From positions 13,024,001-13,088,000 of the forward strand of contig CP068257.2 of NCBI GenBank assembly GCA_009914755.4: a stretch of DNA of 64,000 nt, in the 5' to 3' direction. Numbering within the stretch: the stretch's first letter is position 1; each line of letters opens with the position of its first letter. The notes beneath the pieces were generated by a model that was not told the DNA's origin, made no database searches, and was given only the letters and a program-made list of their open reading frames with translations. Source of the stretch: the human T2T-CHM13v2.0 reference genome, Homo sapiens. The translations under genes and the position numbers were made by a program. Shown here piece after piece: positions 12,925 through 28,036 of this stretch.

Positions 12925-14430
12925 AGAAAATCAAGAACCACTATGTCCGTATCTCATAAAAATCTTTGAGTCTGTTTCATAATATTCCTTCTTGGGGTAA
13001 ATTTTGTTGCTAGAAAATTTACTTTCAATGGTCCCTCTTTAACAAAAAACAGTAATGCTCACTCTTTTAAAAAAATAAAGTAAAAAAAAAATTATTTCTG
13101 CCAACCCACCAGATTTCACAATGGTAATGTGGGCCAACCACAAATCAGTTATTGTGTGCTCCTTCAATGTTCCCCTCTGTGTATATTTGAACTGAGATTA
13201 CTAAAATAGATAAATGTGCATTTTTTATTTTATAAATAGTTTGTACAGCTCTGTATATAGTATTCTTTGTCTATATGTGTGTTTGTATTTAAGGATATGT
13301 TTATGTTTTTCTCTCTCTAAATGATAGAATTGTGGATTTAATTTTCTACTTTCTAATTGCTGTATTTTCAATTGTTTTCTGAAACAGTATATGTTGCTTT
13401 TTAAATCAAGGGAAAATACAGATAATTTAATGCTTTTTAGAATTTCCCATTAAAATAATTTCCATTCAGGAACAAACTAGAGAACAGTCTGAGAATGTGT
13501 GATGGTTGTTGTCATCCCAGTACTCCTATTCAGATGACAGGCCTGATTCATTCTCCTGCAAAGAACTTCTGTGTATCATTGTCTGGCATGCGCTTAAGGA
13601 GTCGTGATTCTCTGCCCATGTTTTCACAAAAGTAATTCTCCACTCATACTTTCTGAAAACTCTCTACCTTACTATATGCAAGTTGGGTGGATATTGTGTG
13701 GCACATGGAAAACTCTATTGTTTTGCAAAGAATATGGGAGAAGATCATTTAGGAACAAAAATGCTATTAATTATTCTGTCAGATATACAGGTGAGATTTA
13801 TGTGAGTTTAATGTTGTCTTTTTCTCAGCTGTGCTATCCCTGACCTAGAATTCTAGAAATAATAGATTGCTAGATAAAAGGCTGATCATGCATCTCCACA
13901 TCTACTTTTTGCCAAGCCTTTAAAACTAGGCCAAATATCTTACTCTTTCAAAAAGTTGTCACATTATAAGTGAAAGCTCTAAAGAAAGGCTTTTGTTTTA
14001 CAGCCTAGATGACTGAGTGTATCTAACATGTCTGTACATAAACGTAGTTGTATGGGTACCATTGAACCAATGTTCAAATTAGATAGACACTTCAAAGACA
14101 TTAATATGTTATTGTAACCTAGAATTAAGAAAGGAAGTTCAGACTAAAAGTTTATACAGAAATATTCAGTAGAAAACTGAAAACATTTTTAGTTATTTAA
14201 ATTTGCCTTAAAAATAAACCTACAAAATGTGGATCAAGTAGGGGGATAAATATATGACAAGAATAATATATTACATATGTCATACTTTAGTGTCTCTGAA
14301 TATTTAGAATTAATAATTGTGGCTATAAAATGGTTATAAAAACTGTTTTAGCTAATTAAATTTATAATTTTAGACAATAGTAGGGTTACATTTTTAGCTT
14401 AACTAATCTGTAGATTCCTCTTCCTGTTAA

Positions 14431-14500
14431 CAAAAGCAAAAGAAAGAAAGGAAATGAGGAAGAAAGGAGGGAACAGGGAGAGAGGAAGGAAAGGAAGGAA
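14431..14500. repeat. Purine-rich (GGAA/GAAA/GGGA)n tract, left part
   Basis: A direct run of A/G-only sequence. Confidence 0.85.
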
Positions 14501-14833
14501 GTGCTGTGGTCTGAATGGTAGTGTTCCCCCAGAATGTGTGTTAGGACCTAATACCCAATGTGATAGTATTAAGAAATGCAGCCTTTAGGAGGTGATTAGG
14601 TCACCTCTTAAATTAGGTTAGTGCTTATAAAATGAGGCCTGAGGGACCCTGTTTGGCTGTTTTACCAAGTTAGGACACAGAGAAGGTGCCATCTATGAGA
14701 AACAGGCCCACATCAGACACCAACTCTGCTGGCACCTTGATCTTGGACCTCCCAGTCTCCAGAACCATGAGCAATAATTTCTGTTGTTTATAAATTACCC
14801 AGTCTAAGGCGTTTTGTTATAGTAGCCTGAATG
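14501..14833 (+). mobile_element. MLT1-type MaLR solo LTR
   Basis: Motifs tgttcccccagaatgtgtgttaggacctaatacccaatgtgatagtatt, cttgatcttggacctcccagtctccagaaccatgagcaataatttctgttgtttataaattacccagtctaagg and gttatagtagcctgaa match the remembered MLT1 LTR consensus (…caccttgatcttggacttcccagcctccagaactgtgag…agcagcctgaactaagaca). Confidence 0.7.
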
Positions 14834-15055
14834 GAGAAAGCAAAAGAGGAAAGGAGAGAGAGACAGAGAGAGAAAGAGAGGAGAGAAGAAGGAAGGAAGG
14901 AAAGAAGAAAGGAAGAAAGGAAGGTAGGAAGGAGGGAAGGAAGGAAGGCAGGGAGGGAGGGAGGGAAGGGAAGGGGAAAAAAACAAACAAGCGAGAGGGA
15001 GGGAGGCAGGGAGGAAGAAAGGAAGGAGAGAAGGAAGGAGGGTAGGGGAGAGGAA
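14834..15055. repeat. Purine-rich (GGAA)n/(GA)n tract, right part
   Basis: A/G-only sequence with several perfect (GGAA)3-4 runs. The R/E/K-rich frame-track ORFs at 14804-15136 are artefacts of this tract. Confidence 0.9.
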
Positions 15056-15060
15056 TCTAT

Positions 15061-15364
15061 TTCTTTTCTTTGTTTTTTGAGACAGAGTCTCAGTCACTCT
15101 GTCACCCAGGCTGGAGTGCAGTGACATGATCTCCACTCACTGCAAACTCTGCCTCCTGGGTTCAAGCAATTCTTATGCCTCAGCCTCCCGAGTAGCTAGG
15201 ATTATAGCTGCATGTCACCACACCCAGCTAATTTTTGTATTTTTAGTAGAGACGAGGTTTTACCATGTTAGCCAGGCTCGTCTTGAATTCCTGACCACAG
15301 GTGATCTGCCCTCCTAGGCCTCCCAAAGTGCTGAGATTCCAGGCATGAGCCACCGTGCCCGGCT
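15061..15364 (-). mobile_element. Alu, full length, minus strand
   Basis: Left-hand T-run followed by gagacagagtctc…gtcacccaggctggagtgcagtg…tgagccaccgtgcccggc. A TSD-like 'gaggaatc.atct' is seen on both flanks. Confidence 0.95.
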
Positions 15365-15996
15365 GGGAGGAATCAATCTCTTAAATGTAGCAAGGGCCTT
15401 TTGAAATCTAAATAAAACACAAAAGGGCAAAACATTGACTAGCCGAACACTGGTCTTCTGACCCATCTGGGGTCTCAGCCTGGGCTACACTGAGCTACTT
15501 CTTGTGGTGCCTTGAAGTCAGTTAATTTCACTTCCTGTTTTCTGGGCCACTTCACCTCTCCACTATATCCAATTAATCAATACTTTCTAGTAATACCACA
15601 TCGAATAATAAAACTCACATCAGAAGCCACCATCACTCCCACCTCATTTTTAATGGCCCATGCCTTATTGACCAGCTCTGTAATTACTTACCAGGCTCAC
15701 TGCATGCCATTTACTTTAGCACCAACAAACTCATTCCCTTGCTGACCGGTGTGGATATGCCACTCCCCTACCTAAGTCAGTGCTTTTTCTTCATCTAAAG
15801 TACCATATGTTAATCTGGAGTTTGAGTCTTGAAATACCTTCTAAAATCTATATACATTTGGGTTTTTCTGCATCAGTGCTTATTTTTCTTGGTTGACAAT
15901 GCACTGCGTCCTTCATATTCTAAAACAGGCCTGGAATTCATTCAAGATGAATATCTTCAGAACAAAGCCAAAGACTTTAGCATAGACTGCAAGAAT

Positions 15997-16263
15997 TATT
16001 TTTGAGATAAAGTTTCAATCTTGTTGCCCAGGCTGGAGTGCAGTGGCACGATCTCGGGCTGCCCGGGTTCAAGCAATTCTCCTACCTCAGCCCCCAGAGT
16101 AGCTGGGACTGCAGGTGTGCGCCACCACGCCCGGCTAATTTTTGTATTTTTAGTAGAGACGGGGTTTCACCATGTTGGCCAGAATGGTCTCAAACTCCTG
16201 ACCTTGTGATCTGCCCACCTTGGCCTCCAAACGTGCTGGGATTACAGGCATGAGCCACTGCGT
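15997..16263 (-). mobile_element. Alu, minus strand, slightly 5'-truncated
   Basis: Alu antisense consensus (ttgcccaggctggagtgcagtggc…gggattacaggcatgagccactgcg). Flanking direct repeat 'actgcaaga'. Confidence 0.95.
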
Positions 16264-17272
16264 ACAGTCAACTGCAAGACTTTCTATGATCTAACCCCAA
16301 AAGACCTCTGCCATTCCAGGGTCACCATCTGCCCCAAACACTTAATGCCCAGCCATATCATACTCCTTTTAAGGTCCTCTAACTGCACCAACTTTCTAAC
16401 TTTTCCATGTTTTTGCACATGTTGCTTCTCCTTGTATTTTGGACTCTTCACCATCATTTATTGTCCAACTTCAACTCCCTTTTCAAAATCAAATTAGAAG
16501 TCACTTTTTCTGTGAAAGTTTCTCAGCCTCCACTATGCTAATATGCAGTTGATAGCTTTATCTTAGTTTGCTGTGGTACCTGGGCATATCTCTATCATGA
16601 CAATTTTCAAATAATATTGTAGGTGTGTATGCAGCTGGCCCACTTTGAAGAGTGGGCTACCAGAAAAAAGAAGTTGTATTTTATTCTTGTTGGTAATCTC
16701 AGAGTCCAGCAGTATCTAACACTTAGTAAGTGCTCAGTCAAACTTTGATGAGGCAAAGAGCATAAAGTCAGCTGAGCAAGAAGACAGAGACTTTTGATGG
16801 AAACAGAAAACTTCAGGGCCATATTTCACTCATGAAAACCATCCCCAGGGCAATAACTAATTAATAGCAGGCATTTGGTAGAGGCATGTTGCTGAGAGTG
16901 AACCCCTTTAAAAATCGAAATGATAGAAAGTTTTTAGTTACATTATGCACTGACAAATTACTTGAGCAAAAGCTGAGAACTAACTGTCTGCTTATAGCAA
17001 AAGGAACTTGAAATAAGGAAGTGACATCCCAGGGTGCAATCACATGTTACTTAAGAAATTCAGCAGAATTTTAGCAGTAGAAAAATTTAGCAATTGAAAC
17101 CAACCCTGAATAGAATTCTTTTCTTAGTTCCAATTGGCTATGTATAACCATTTACTCACAAGGCAAAATTGGAAATTAATATTAGAAATACCTATCATTC
17201 CATTTATAGTAAATAATTATGCTGGATTTTACTGTATATTGAGTTGCAGATACAGTTGTTCCCAATCCATAA

Positions 17273-17560
<288 letters not shown>

Positions 17561-19242
17561 CATAATTATTCTTAATTAACCATTTTGTTGTTTGTGGTCT
17601 TATAAAATCTTTAGTTAAAAGAAAACCTGACTGTCACAATCAAGGTTCCAGGCCCCGGAATGAGGGACGCCAGATGAGAAACGAGACTTAGTGATGATTT
17701 CTATAACAACATTTATCCCAACCACACATTACATTTGTAATCTCTTAGACCTTGTAAAGGGGATTTTATTAAAACTACAAAAAGTAAACGTATATGGATC
17801 TAAATAATTAAGACAGAGAAGATAAAGTTAGCATCTGAGGCTGCAGGTAGGATGGATTTCAGCTGAGCTGGAACTAGAGCAGAAGCAACCTGTGAGAAGG
17901 GTTATAGACAGACGTGCGAAAGAAAGTGTTTAAGAAGTGTTGCAACTTTCATTTTCACATTCTCAATGTTCTCACTCTGGTTTTTGTGTGACCCCAGACT
18001 GATATGTCTTCCAAAGCAGTACCCAATGGCTGGAATTCGTGTACATTATCATTTATTATTTTAAATGTTTTCAGAGTTATTGTGATCTCTTCTGCCACAC
18101 CAAATTTATGCAGAGTCCTTGGCAAAGAATATAGTGGACTTGCCCACATTCCACTCCATTCCCTGTCCTCTGACCTTCAGCACAGACCACAGAACAATGG
18201 TTGAGAACGCAGACTATGGGAGCCAGACTGTCTGGTTTCCGGTGTCCGTGACCATGAGCAGACTGTGTGCTTTGCATTCTTCCATCTGTCTAATGGGGAC
18301 AATAATAGTTCCTCCCAGGCTTGTTATAAAAATGAATAGTTACTGTCAACTCTAAGCAAAGCTCTTAGATCAGTTCCTGGAGCATCACAAGGCCCTGTAT
18401 GTGCTTGCAAAATAAATAAATAGCTCCACTTTGGGCAGGTAAAGTGAAGTGTTGAGTAAATTGTTTCTTCATAGTGAATAAAGAAACGGTTATGGAATGC
18501 CCAGCATAAGCCTTAAACACATCCACTCTTCCCCCTGGGTGAAGCCAACAATGATACTAGGGGGATAGTTATCATTCCTGCCTGCAACCCAGAACTGAGG
18601 AAAGAGGACCAGGAAGAATATCAGGGCTCCTATAACCTTACCCTTTATTTTTGCAAATAAAGGAACTGAAAGAGTTTAAAGAATTTGCTGAAAGCCACAC
18701 CACATATTTAGTGTGAGTCACAAACCCATTTCTTGTGACTATCAGCTTAGCTCTCTCCATTATACTCATGTCATTAGAGTGGTTATGACAGGAAAGCAGA
18801 AGAAAGGCCAGGAGTCCAGGGGTTCCTTGAAGAAACACCATGGAGATGTAACAGGCAAAGAAAGAAGATGGGGCCCCAAAATATAACTTTCTCTACCAGT
18901 TCTGCCAGAACTTCTCAGACTGGCTTAAGCAAATAACTTTGCACAATTTTTTCATCAGCTAAGAGAACAGTTTATGAATGCCTTAAATAAATTTGACTAT
19001 TTTTTAGCTTAATTGATAAGAAAATGCATTTCCATTTACAGAAACTAAAAGTAACCTACTTGAAAACTCAGTCCTCAAGCTTTAGGGTTTGCGTGCACTC
19101 TGTAGGAATGCATAACTGTAGGAATGGGGTTATGATTTGCCTTTGGGAATTCTTGAAGTGAGTCTGTTTACTCTTGTATTTCAGCACCTAGCCCAGTGCA
19201 CAGCATTCAGTGAATATTTCTGATTTCCTATTTTAGTGTATA

Positions 19243-19395
19243 TCAGCGGCCCTCAAACTTTACTGAACATGAGAATCACTTGGCAGAGCTTGTTAAAAAA
19301 AGGTGGATTCCCTCAATACAACCCCTAGAGGAGAATGGCCCAGCAGGCCTGTGGGGCATTTTTAACAAGGTGCTCTTGATTCTGAGGGAGGCAGT
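19243..19395. mobile_element. MER5-like hAT fragment
   Basis: cagcggccctcaaactttactgaacatgagaatcacttggcagagcttgttaaaa … tttttaacaaggtgctcttgattctgag resemble the MER5 termini. Confidence 0.4.
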
Positions 19396-20625
19396 CTTAC
19401 ATAATGCTCAAATTGGAAATATAAATAATAAGCTCATATCAATTTGTCACCTTTAGAATTTGAACCAAAATTTCCCCCACCTACACATGCCTCACAAAGC
19501 TATGTTATAGGTGCTCTCTAACTCACACGCCTCAGGGATCCCATCAGCACCATGTTTTTTTCTAGCCAGAATTCTAATGAAATGTAAGAGTAGTATTCTC
19601 CTCATGCAAAACTTAATTCTGTCAACTCTTTCTCAATATTTGGTTATTTTTGTTAGTGAGGCTTAATTGCAGAGAGCTGTTTAGAGAAATGTTGAAGGGC
19701 TAAATTTGACATTTTCAGCACAATGGAAGATTTTTGACCTCCTGGACTAGAGACTTAGTCAATATATCTTCAAGTCTATCCTTTTGCTTGTTTTCAAATA
19801 CTATAAATTAGGACAATGATCTCAGAGTAGGGCTCACATCATGAGAGGCAAGGTGACTGCGGAGCAATTATATGACTGATACTAGCCTTTGAGGACAGGT
19901 TTCCACCAGAAGGTTGTCTGGAGTCAGTATGAGACATTCTGAAAACAAGTGATGTTTCACATGCCCACAGATACACATTTAGGCCCGAATTCTCCATATT
20001 CAAAGGTCTACGGGGTTCCAGTGCTCACCTCTGGGGGCTTTTTTGTTAGTAGATTTGGCTCTCATAACAAGTGACAAGATTATGGCTGACACTCAAGTCT
20101 CTGGCTTATGTGGAAAATGTCATTATTTACAATTTTCCTCCTTTGGAAATATTAAAGAAAATACGTTTGGTGGTTTAATTATCATCAAAAAGTAATTGAG
20201 GGAGACTGGGTACATAGAACTATAGTAGGAGTTAGAAAGTGTAAATTAATCTATAGAAAAGTGATAGCTCTAGAAGGCTATGCTATAAACAAAGTAACAG
20301 ACACACTGGCCACTGACAAGTTAAATAAGAAAGAACCTAACATGAATGTAAGTACAGAGTCAAGTATCTGTTGAGTGGATGGACGCAAAGGAATTTGTGG
20401 ATTTACTACTTTCCTTACACCCTCTACACTTTCCAAAGCGTGACCTGGCACACTTGAATAGATTCACTGTGTGCTGAAAGAGACCACTCTTATTGCTATT
20501 TCAAGGGAAATATTTTAAGACTTGAGATATTATAGAAACCTGAACAAATAGAAAATGGAAAAAAATAATCGGAGAACAAAGTAATACAGTCTGCCCAGGC
20601 TTGAGTGAAAATCAAAGTAGCATGG

Positions 20626-20984
20626 TGTATTAGTCCGTTCTCATGTTGCTAGTAAAGTCATACCTGAGACTGGGTAATTTATAAATGAAAGGGGTTTAAT
20701 GGACTCACAGTTCCACATGGCTGGGGAGGCCTCACAATTATGGCAGAAGGCGAAGGAAGAACAAAGGCTTATCTGACATGGCAGCAGGCAAGAGAGGGTG
20801 TGCAGGGGAACTGCCCTTTATAAATTTGATCTCCTGAGACTTATTCACTACCACAAGAGCAGCATGAGAAAAACCCACCCCATGATTCAATTACCTCCCA
20901 CCAGGTCCCTCCCACAACACATGGGGATTATGGGAGCTACAATCCAAGATGAGATTTGGGTGGGGACACAGCCAAGCCATATCG
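20626..20984 (-). mobile_element. THE1-type solo LTR (ERVL-MaLR) on the minus strand
   Basis: Starts tgtattagtcc and ends ccatatcgca. Contains cctcccacaacacatggggattatgggagctacaatccaagatgagatttgggtggggacacagccaagccatatc, the reverse complement of the THE1 5' region. Confidence 0.8.
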
Positions 20985-22999
20985 CATGGTATTCATTGAT
21001 ATGTAAATGGAACCAATAATCAACTAACAATGATAAGCCTTGTACTGAGAAAATGACAAAGAAGAAGTATATAGGGCCCCTGTTTTTAAGAAACTTACAA
21101 ACGATTGGTAGTGAAGACAACATAAATGCATATAGATTACAAAAGTGTCAGAAACAGGTATGTGCACATAACATAGGACAGTGGCAATAAAGTTCTAAAA
21201 ATTAAACAAAGTTTGGACAGAGATAAACGGCCTGGTTTCATGGAAAGGGGTGTGGGCGATGTTTTAAGTGAGGGCAGTGGCAAATCTTAAAGTAGGAAAA
21301 TAATAAGGCAAGCAGGATGGCATAGTTTATGCCTGGCTGCAGACGGGAGGTGAGAGTGATGTGCAACACAAAATAAGAACAGCAAGGTACGGGATGAACA
21401 AAGAAAGAGAGTCAGAACATTTTATTTTGATGCAAATTAAAACTAAGAATTCTTTTCAAGTTATTTAAAGACAGTGACATAATCAAAAGGATGATTGCAG
21501 AGGATCATTCCTTCTACTTATAATTGGAGGAGGAGAAGGAAAAAAAAGAGTTGAGTTCTGCTGACGTTTTTAATCCATTAATTTTAAGGCATCCACAAAG
21601 GACAAAGTTAGATCAAAAACGTGAAAGAAGTTCACAACATTTCATCAGATGCCCAGGAGGTCTTGGCAGTAAAAATGAGGACACCTCTGCACCAGACCAT
21701 GTCGCCTGATTGAAAAAACAAACAAACAAACAAAAAAAACCTCCAAAAAAACTCTTCTTCCATGGAAACAAATAATGTGTTCCACTTCTGCCAAGGTCAT
21801 TCTGCATATACAGATGGCTTAGGTGGCTCAGTGTAGTTAACTCCTCTCCTTTGGCAGGGGAACAGAGATTTCCATCATATCCTTCTCTGCTCACTGATAT
21901 CTGGCCCCCAGCCTTGCTTGATCTTGATACTTTGGAAAAACTGTGTTGTCTGTTGTGGTGGTTATTTTGGTTTCTCTAATCTTAATGTCTTCTATAACAA
22001 TTATTAGTGGCAACATATAGATGAAGCCAATTCAACATTACCTCGAAGAGACGAAATGCTTCATCTTTGCCAAAGATCTCAATTGCCAAAGTTAGGTGGC
22101 TGGGAGAAGTCTGTTAACACAGCTCCCCTTGGCTGGGATTCACTCCAGTGTTTGTAATTTCTCTGAAGACCCATTGAGCAACCTGGCCTGAGTTTGAATT
22201 TGTGCAAAAAAGCCTCTAACCAGGTGAGTTGCACATTGTTTCCAGCTCATTAGAGATGTTTTGGACAACTTTTCTAATGAGGTTTGACATTTGACTACCA
22301 TGGCATATGTGTCTTTCTCCACCATGTCACCCTCCCCCTACTCTGTGCTTCCTTTGCTCTTGCTCAATTTTGTGAGTGAATCATCTGATCTGTGCCTTAT
22401 ATGACCATGCTCTAGTTTGATTAATCTCTCTCATCAACGCTCCTTCCTGAATCCTCTGATTAAATCTGGTCTTCTCTCTCCCCACTCCATAATACATGGG
22501 ACCTTTTAGCAGCTATTAATTATTTAAAAGAACGTTACTTTCTATCATGCTCAAGTTGGTTGCTGCAGTTTTCTGTCCACCACGAGGCTTCTGTTAAAAA
22601 TTATTGAACCCAATTAAGAAAGACTTTCAAACACCAAGTTCTAAAAATCTATAGAAGATATTCTTTTCCTGTTACATCGACAAACTTGATAGGTTGGGGG
22701 AGGAAATAGATACAATATGTCTCACCAAAATATACCTCTTTATTTTATCCTAAATGGCATATGGTACTCACCAACAGATTGAGAAAGTGTTATTTACATC
22801 AAATTATCAGCAGGTGACTGTAAAACTTCTAGGGGTCATTCCCAAGGAGGATTTACTAATGGGTATTTCTGATCCAAGCAGTCAAAATTCTGGCAAAATT
22901 CTACATATGTAAGTCCTTTATATAATGTTATTTTTTAATTAGCCCAGTTCATGAATTACTGAAAAGTGACACAATAAATTAACTAGTTGTTTGGCTCAA

Positions 23000-23021
23000 A
23001 ACACACACACACACACACACA
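23000..23021. repeat. (CA)n dinucleotide microsatellite
   Basis: The repeat is directly visible. Confidence 0.9.
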
Positions 23022-24092
23022 AAACAAAATGGCTGGACTGATTTTTCACCAATTTGACTGAATTAACTGAAAGTTTGGTCGTGGTATAGAGTCTTTAGTA
23101 AATCTGCTCACTAATTAATTTTCTGATGGTGATGAATTAGCTGATAACAGCTAAAATAAGACATGACCTTTATAAGCTGAAATCGCCTGTGGGTCTAAAG
23201 AGGATGAAGTAATAATATAGTGCCAGGTGCAGCTCGCATCAATTAGGTAGAAAAAAATAAACGATCCAGAGAGAGTTAGACTGACTTGTCTAAGCCAGGT
23301 AGGCTTCTGAAGTCAGAGCTGACCCCACTTCAAACGTGGCATAATAATATGGCAGTGTAACTAAGAGAAGCACGGTGCTTAGCTGTATTAATAGAAAAAC
23401 AGCATGTCAGGAAATGATGAAATTCTCATTAACAGTTTCCAAGCAGGGCTGATATTCAGCTAGTAAGTACCAGGGTGGCATTCAGGTAAGAGTGTTTATG
23501 CTGATCGGTCAATGTCCATCAGTGTTAAATATTTAAGATTCTGTGTATGTGAGGAAAGTTAGTGTTATAGGATATATTTTGATACCAATTAAAGGGAAAG
23601 TATGATCACTGTAAAATTTACTGAAGATATGGACTCTACTCTTGCCTTTTCCCTTAATAAGAGCCCAATGCAAGTTATCTCTGTAACCCTTTGTTTCAGT
23701 ACAGAAAGTTGGACGAAATAATATTGATTACCACTTCTAGCTCTAAAATTATGACTCAAGGAAACCTTGTCTCTGAATTTTTCAAACTGAATAGTTTCAT
23801 ATTTAATTTAAAATACAAAATAAGGTCTACGCCATTTATACAAGAATTGTGTCTTTAAAAAACCCCGAATCTTAGACATTTAGTAATATTTAAAATTTTG
23901 CATTACTGCTATGTGAATGTGAATTGTATGCCTCTCCATAATAGTAAAAATATAAATGAATAACATAAAAATAAAACTTTATCATCACTCAAAAAACCAA
24001 GACATCGGTTGGGGACACTAATGTGAATGTGTAATTTTACTTTTCTTCCTTCTCTTTTTATTTTTTTAATTTTTAAAATTTATTTTATTTTA

Positions 24093-24623
<531 letters not shown>

Positions 24624-25225
24624 TGATCCATTCAAGAGGTTGTATATTTGGCAGGGGGTGAGGAGAAGTGACTACATTAGTTTGAATGAAGAGAGAAAGA
24701 GAAGCCACCCAAAGTCAAATTCACAGAAAAAAAATTTTTATTTGCTTTTGATTGTTCAAATGATCATTCTATATAATTCATTAACCACATCTCATGCCAT
24801 TAGAAAGGAGAACATGCAGTATTGATGCCAAATTAGAACAGACATGGCCCATGATTTTCCTGAAAACACCAAGGTACACATTATTATTAGTGTGGATCTC
24901 ACTGAATGTACGTAGAGCTGAAATTTTTATTAGAAAAAAAAGGAAAGTCTCCACACGCTGCTCCTCTCTGGTGCAGCTCATCTGCAAAGCAGAAGCGAAA
25001 AGTCTCCTGAGCCTTTCATAATCCCAGCTAAATGCTTTCTCAGGCATTTTCCACATATTGCTCAGAGGTGTGTTGATTAAACTAGGCTTATTAGACTAAT
25101 TGCTTTGTTTATAAGCACATGTGTTAGTACACGAAATGGAGAGTGAAGTCAATATGAAGAAAAATACTTTATATAGTAAACATTTGGCCAGCAAACTGAT
25201 TCTCCTGACTTTCTTCATCCATTAT

Positions 25226-25228
<3 letters not shown>

Positions 25229-25259
<31 letters not shown>
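25229..25259. repeat. (CA)n dinucleotide microsatellite
   Basis: The repeat is directly visible. Confidence 0.9.
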
Positions 25260-25261
<2 letters not shown>

Positions 25262-25780
25262 CCATGTGATGAAGAATACCAAATAGAAAGAAACAAAATC
25301 AATTCTGGTAAGTAAAAGTGCACATTTCTTTTGAGATTCTTTTCTTTTTGAGATTAGAAGAGGTGAATGCGGGGAGGGATAAGACATTTTCTACTTAAGA
25401 ACGAAGAAGTACTAAACATGGGGGATTTATTTAACAAGAAAAGTCACATGATTGAGATTAGACATCTCTTTCTCAAGGTGCTCCTGGGAGATAATGGCTC
25501 TCATACCTATCATTCAGTGAAGGCATTGGTTTTGTCTGGTAACATAAAAATGAATCTGAGGACAGACGTTAACTCCTTCATCTCTATCTAGCCATGATGA
25601 TTTTAAGAATAACTCTAGAATATATTTGTTCTTTTACATTATTGTCATTTCTAAATTTTTTAAGTAGTAGAGTCTGTACGAGTCAATTTTCTTTAAAACA
25701 TGGTAAACTTAAGACAGTTAAAAAATAGAAACTATCAAATATATTCTGTATTCTGTAAATAAATAATTTAAAGTACCATT

Positions 25781-26136
<356 letters not shown>

Positions 26137-26235
26137 TTAATATTCATTTTCACTGTCTATATTTGCTTATCTCAGAAAAAATGAATAGAAATAGATAAAT
26201 GTTGATTTTTAATAAATAGATATTGAGCATACTCT

Positions 26236-26304
26236 CAGCAGCATCTTTGAATAAACCATGACCTCATCAGCAGCATCTTTGAATAAACCATGACCTCATC
26301 AGCA
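26236..26304. repeat. 29-bp tandem duplication (cagcagcatctttgaataaaccatgacctcat ×2 plus a partial copy)
   Basis: The repeat is directly visible. Confidence 0.8.
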
Positions 26305-28036
26305 AACATTCCCAGCCTCGGCCCCTATCCTGCATTTTCCTTTCAACATTTGGCCCACTACCATCTGTTTTTCACCTTCATTATATGATGATTATAACCA
26401 AATTTTAACCTGCTTAATCTGATCTGTTTATGGGCAGGGAGTGAAGTTGTAAGCCCTTCTTGTCCTTGACCCCACTCCTTGAGCCTGAGCTTCATACAGT
26501 ATGGCACCTGTTCCAAGTGCTGTAGCACACTTTACACTGTCTCATCTTGAGGCATTGAGCATGTTTGTTCAAAGTCTACCTCTTCTTCAGTGCTTCATTC
26601 TAATTCCACTTACTCCAAAAAGCTTTCCCAGGTTTCTCCAGCTCAGAATAGCTGCCTCTCTAGCTCAGAATGGCTGCTTCCCCAGGACTGTAAGTCCTTT
26701 GCATGTAATAATTTTACCTGGCCTTTTGATATCTATCAGGTGGTATTATATACTATTACAGGTGTCTTGCATCTCAACTTTGCAATTAGACTGAAAGTTT
26801 TCACAGATACCATTTCTGAACGCCTATTTATATGCTAAGGGATATTTTAAATTTTTACATGAAATTGGCACAGTTGTTATTATCCTCATTCTACAAATGA
26901 GTAAATGAGGCACAAAGGTTAAGTTACTTGCCTAGGACTATATAAATACTGTGTACTAGACCTGAATTGGAATTGTATATATTTAGAAAGCAGGGATCGT
27001 TGTTGGAATTTGTGCCTATCCCCTTGGCCATTTTAATAGTGCTTTATGTACATTAGATACTGAAATACTATTTTCTGATTGATTGGTTTTAAGCACTGAC
27101 TTAAAACTGTCCAGGTTATTATAAGTAATGTTCTATGGTATCAACCAAAACTAATATTTAGTGCTGTCTAACTGGGCATGCAGTAGATTGGCACTAGGCC
27201 AATGCAATCAGTGATGGTAAGAAATATAATTCCTGAGGAGGAAAACAAATGCTTACATGGATGGCTGATCAGGTACATATGCTTCAGAAATAAACAACGT
27301 TTTTGACCAAGACTGTCTCTCCTTGAAATGCTACAAAACTGATGAGAAGAGACATTAAGATTAAGGATCATCCGAGAGGATGATAGCATTCTCTTCAGAT
27401 TTCAAGACCAAGGTTCAAGCACCCCTGGAAAAAAAAATAGTTAATTAAAATGGCTGTGAATGGAGGTAATAATGAAAATAAGTAACAACTAGAAAAGGAT
27501 GAGCATGCACCAACTGGGACAGACAAAACAAGCATTCAGAACTGACACCAACAATGAAGAACTAATCCAGCTGTCACAGTGTATGTTAGCTGGGCATCAG
27601 TTCTGGTTATAAAGTATGGGTTGGCTGAAATACTTATTGAACAAATGCTTCTTTAATCCCTCCACATGGATCAACTCTAGTCTGTTGTGACTGTCCTATC
27701 CCTGGAATTATCAGACCTTGCAACCATGTTATTTAGACCATCCTGATCTGTTCAGCTGTATTGATTACCTACTCTGAGATAGGCACTGTACTACTAACTC
27801 CATAGACAAGACAAATTAAACACCAGTCTTGGTATATATGTACAATTTTGCAGACTCTTCACCAAAACTTATACTTGGTGCAATTCTAGGAGCGGTTTTA
27901 CCACTAAAGGATGAAAACACACGCTTTCCTAACAAGTCTATATTTTAGTTGGCTTCTCTCCAGTTGCAGACCCTGAGGCAAGGATTATATGCACGCTTAG
28001 CTGTGCTTAATCAGTAGGTGTTATGGACTGAATGTT

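Noticed and set aside
14804-15136. Arg/Glu/Lys-rich 97-aa and Ser/Pro/Leu-rich 110-aa ORFs
   Set aside because: They are direct translations of the (GGAA)n/(GA)n purine tract and its complement. The low-complexity composition is an artefact of the microsatellite.
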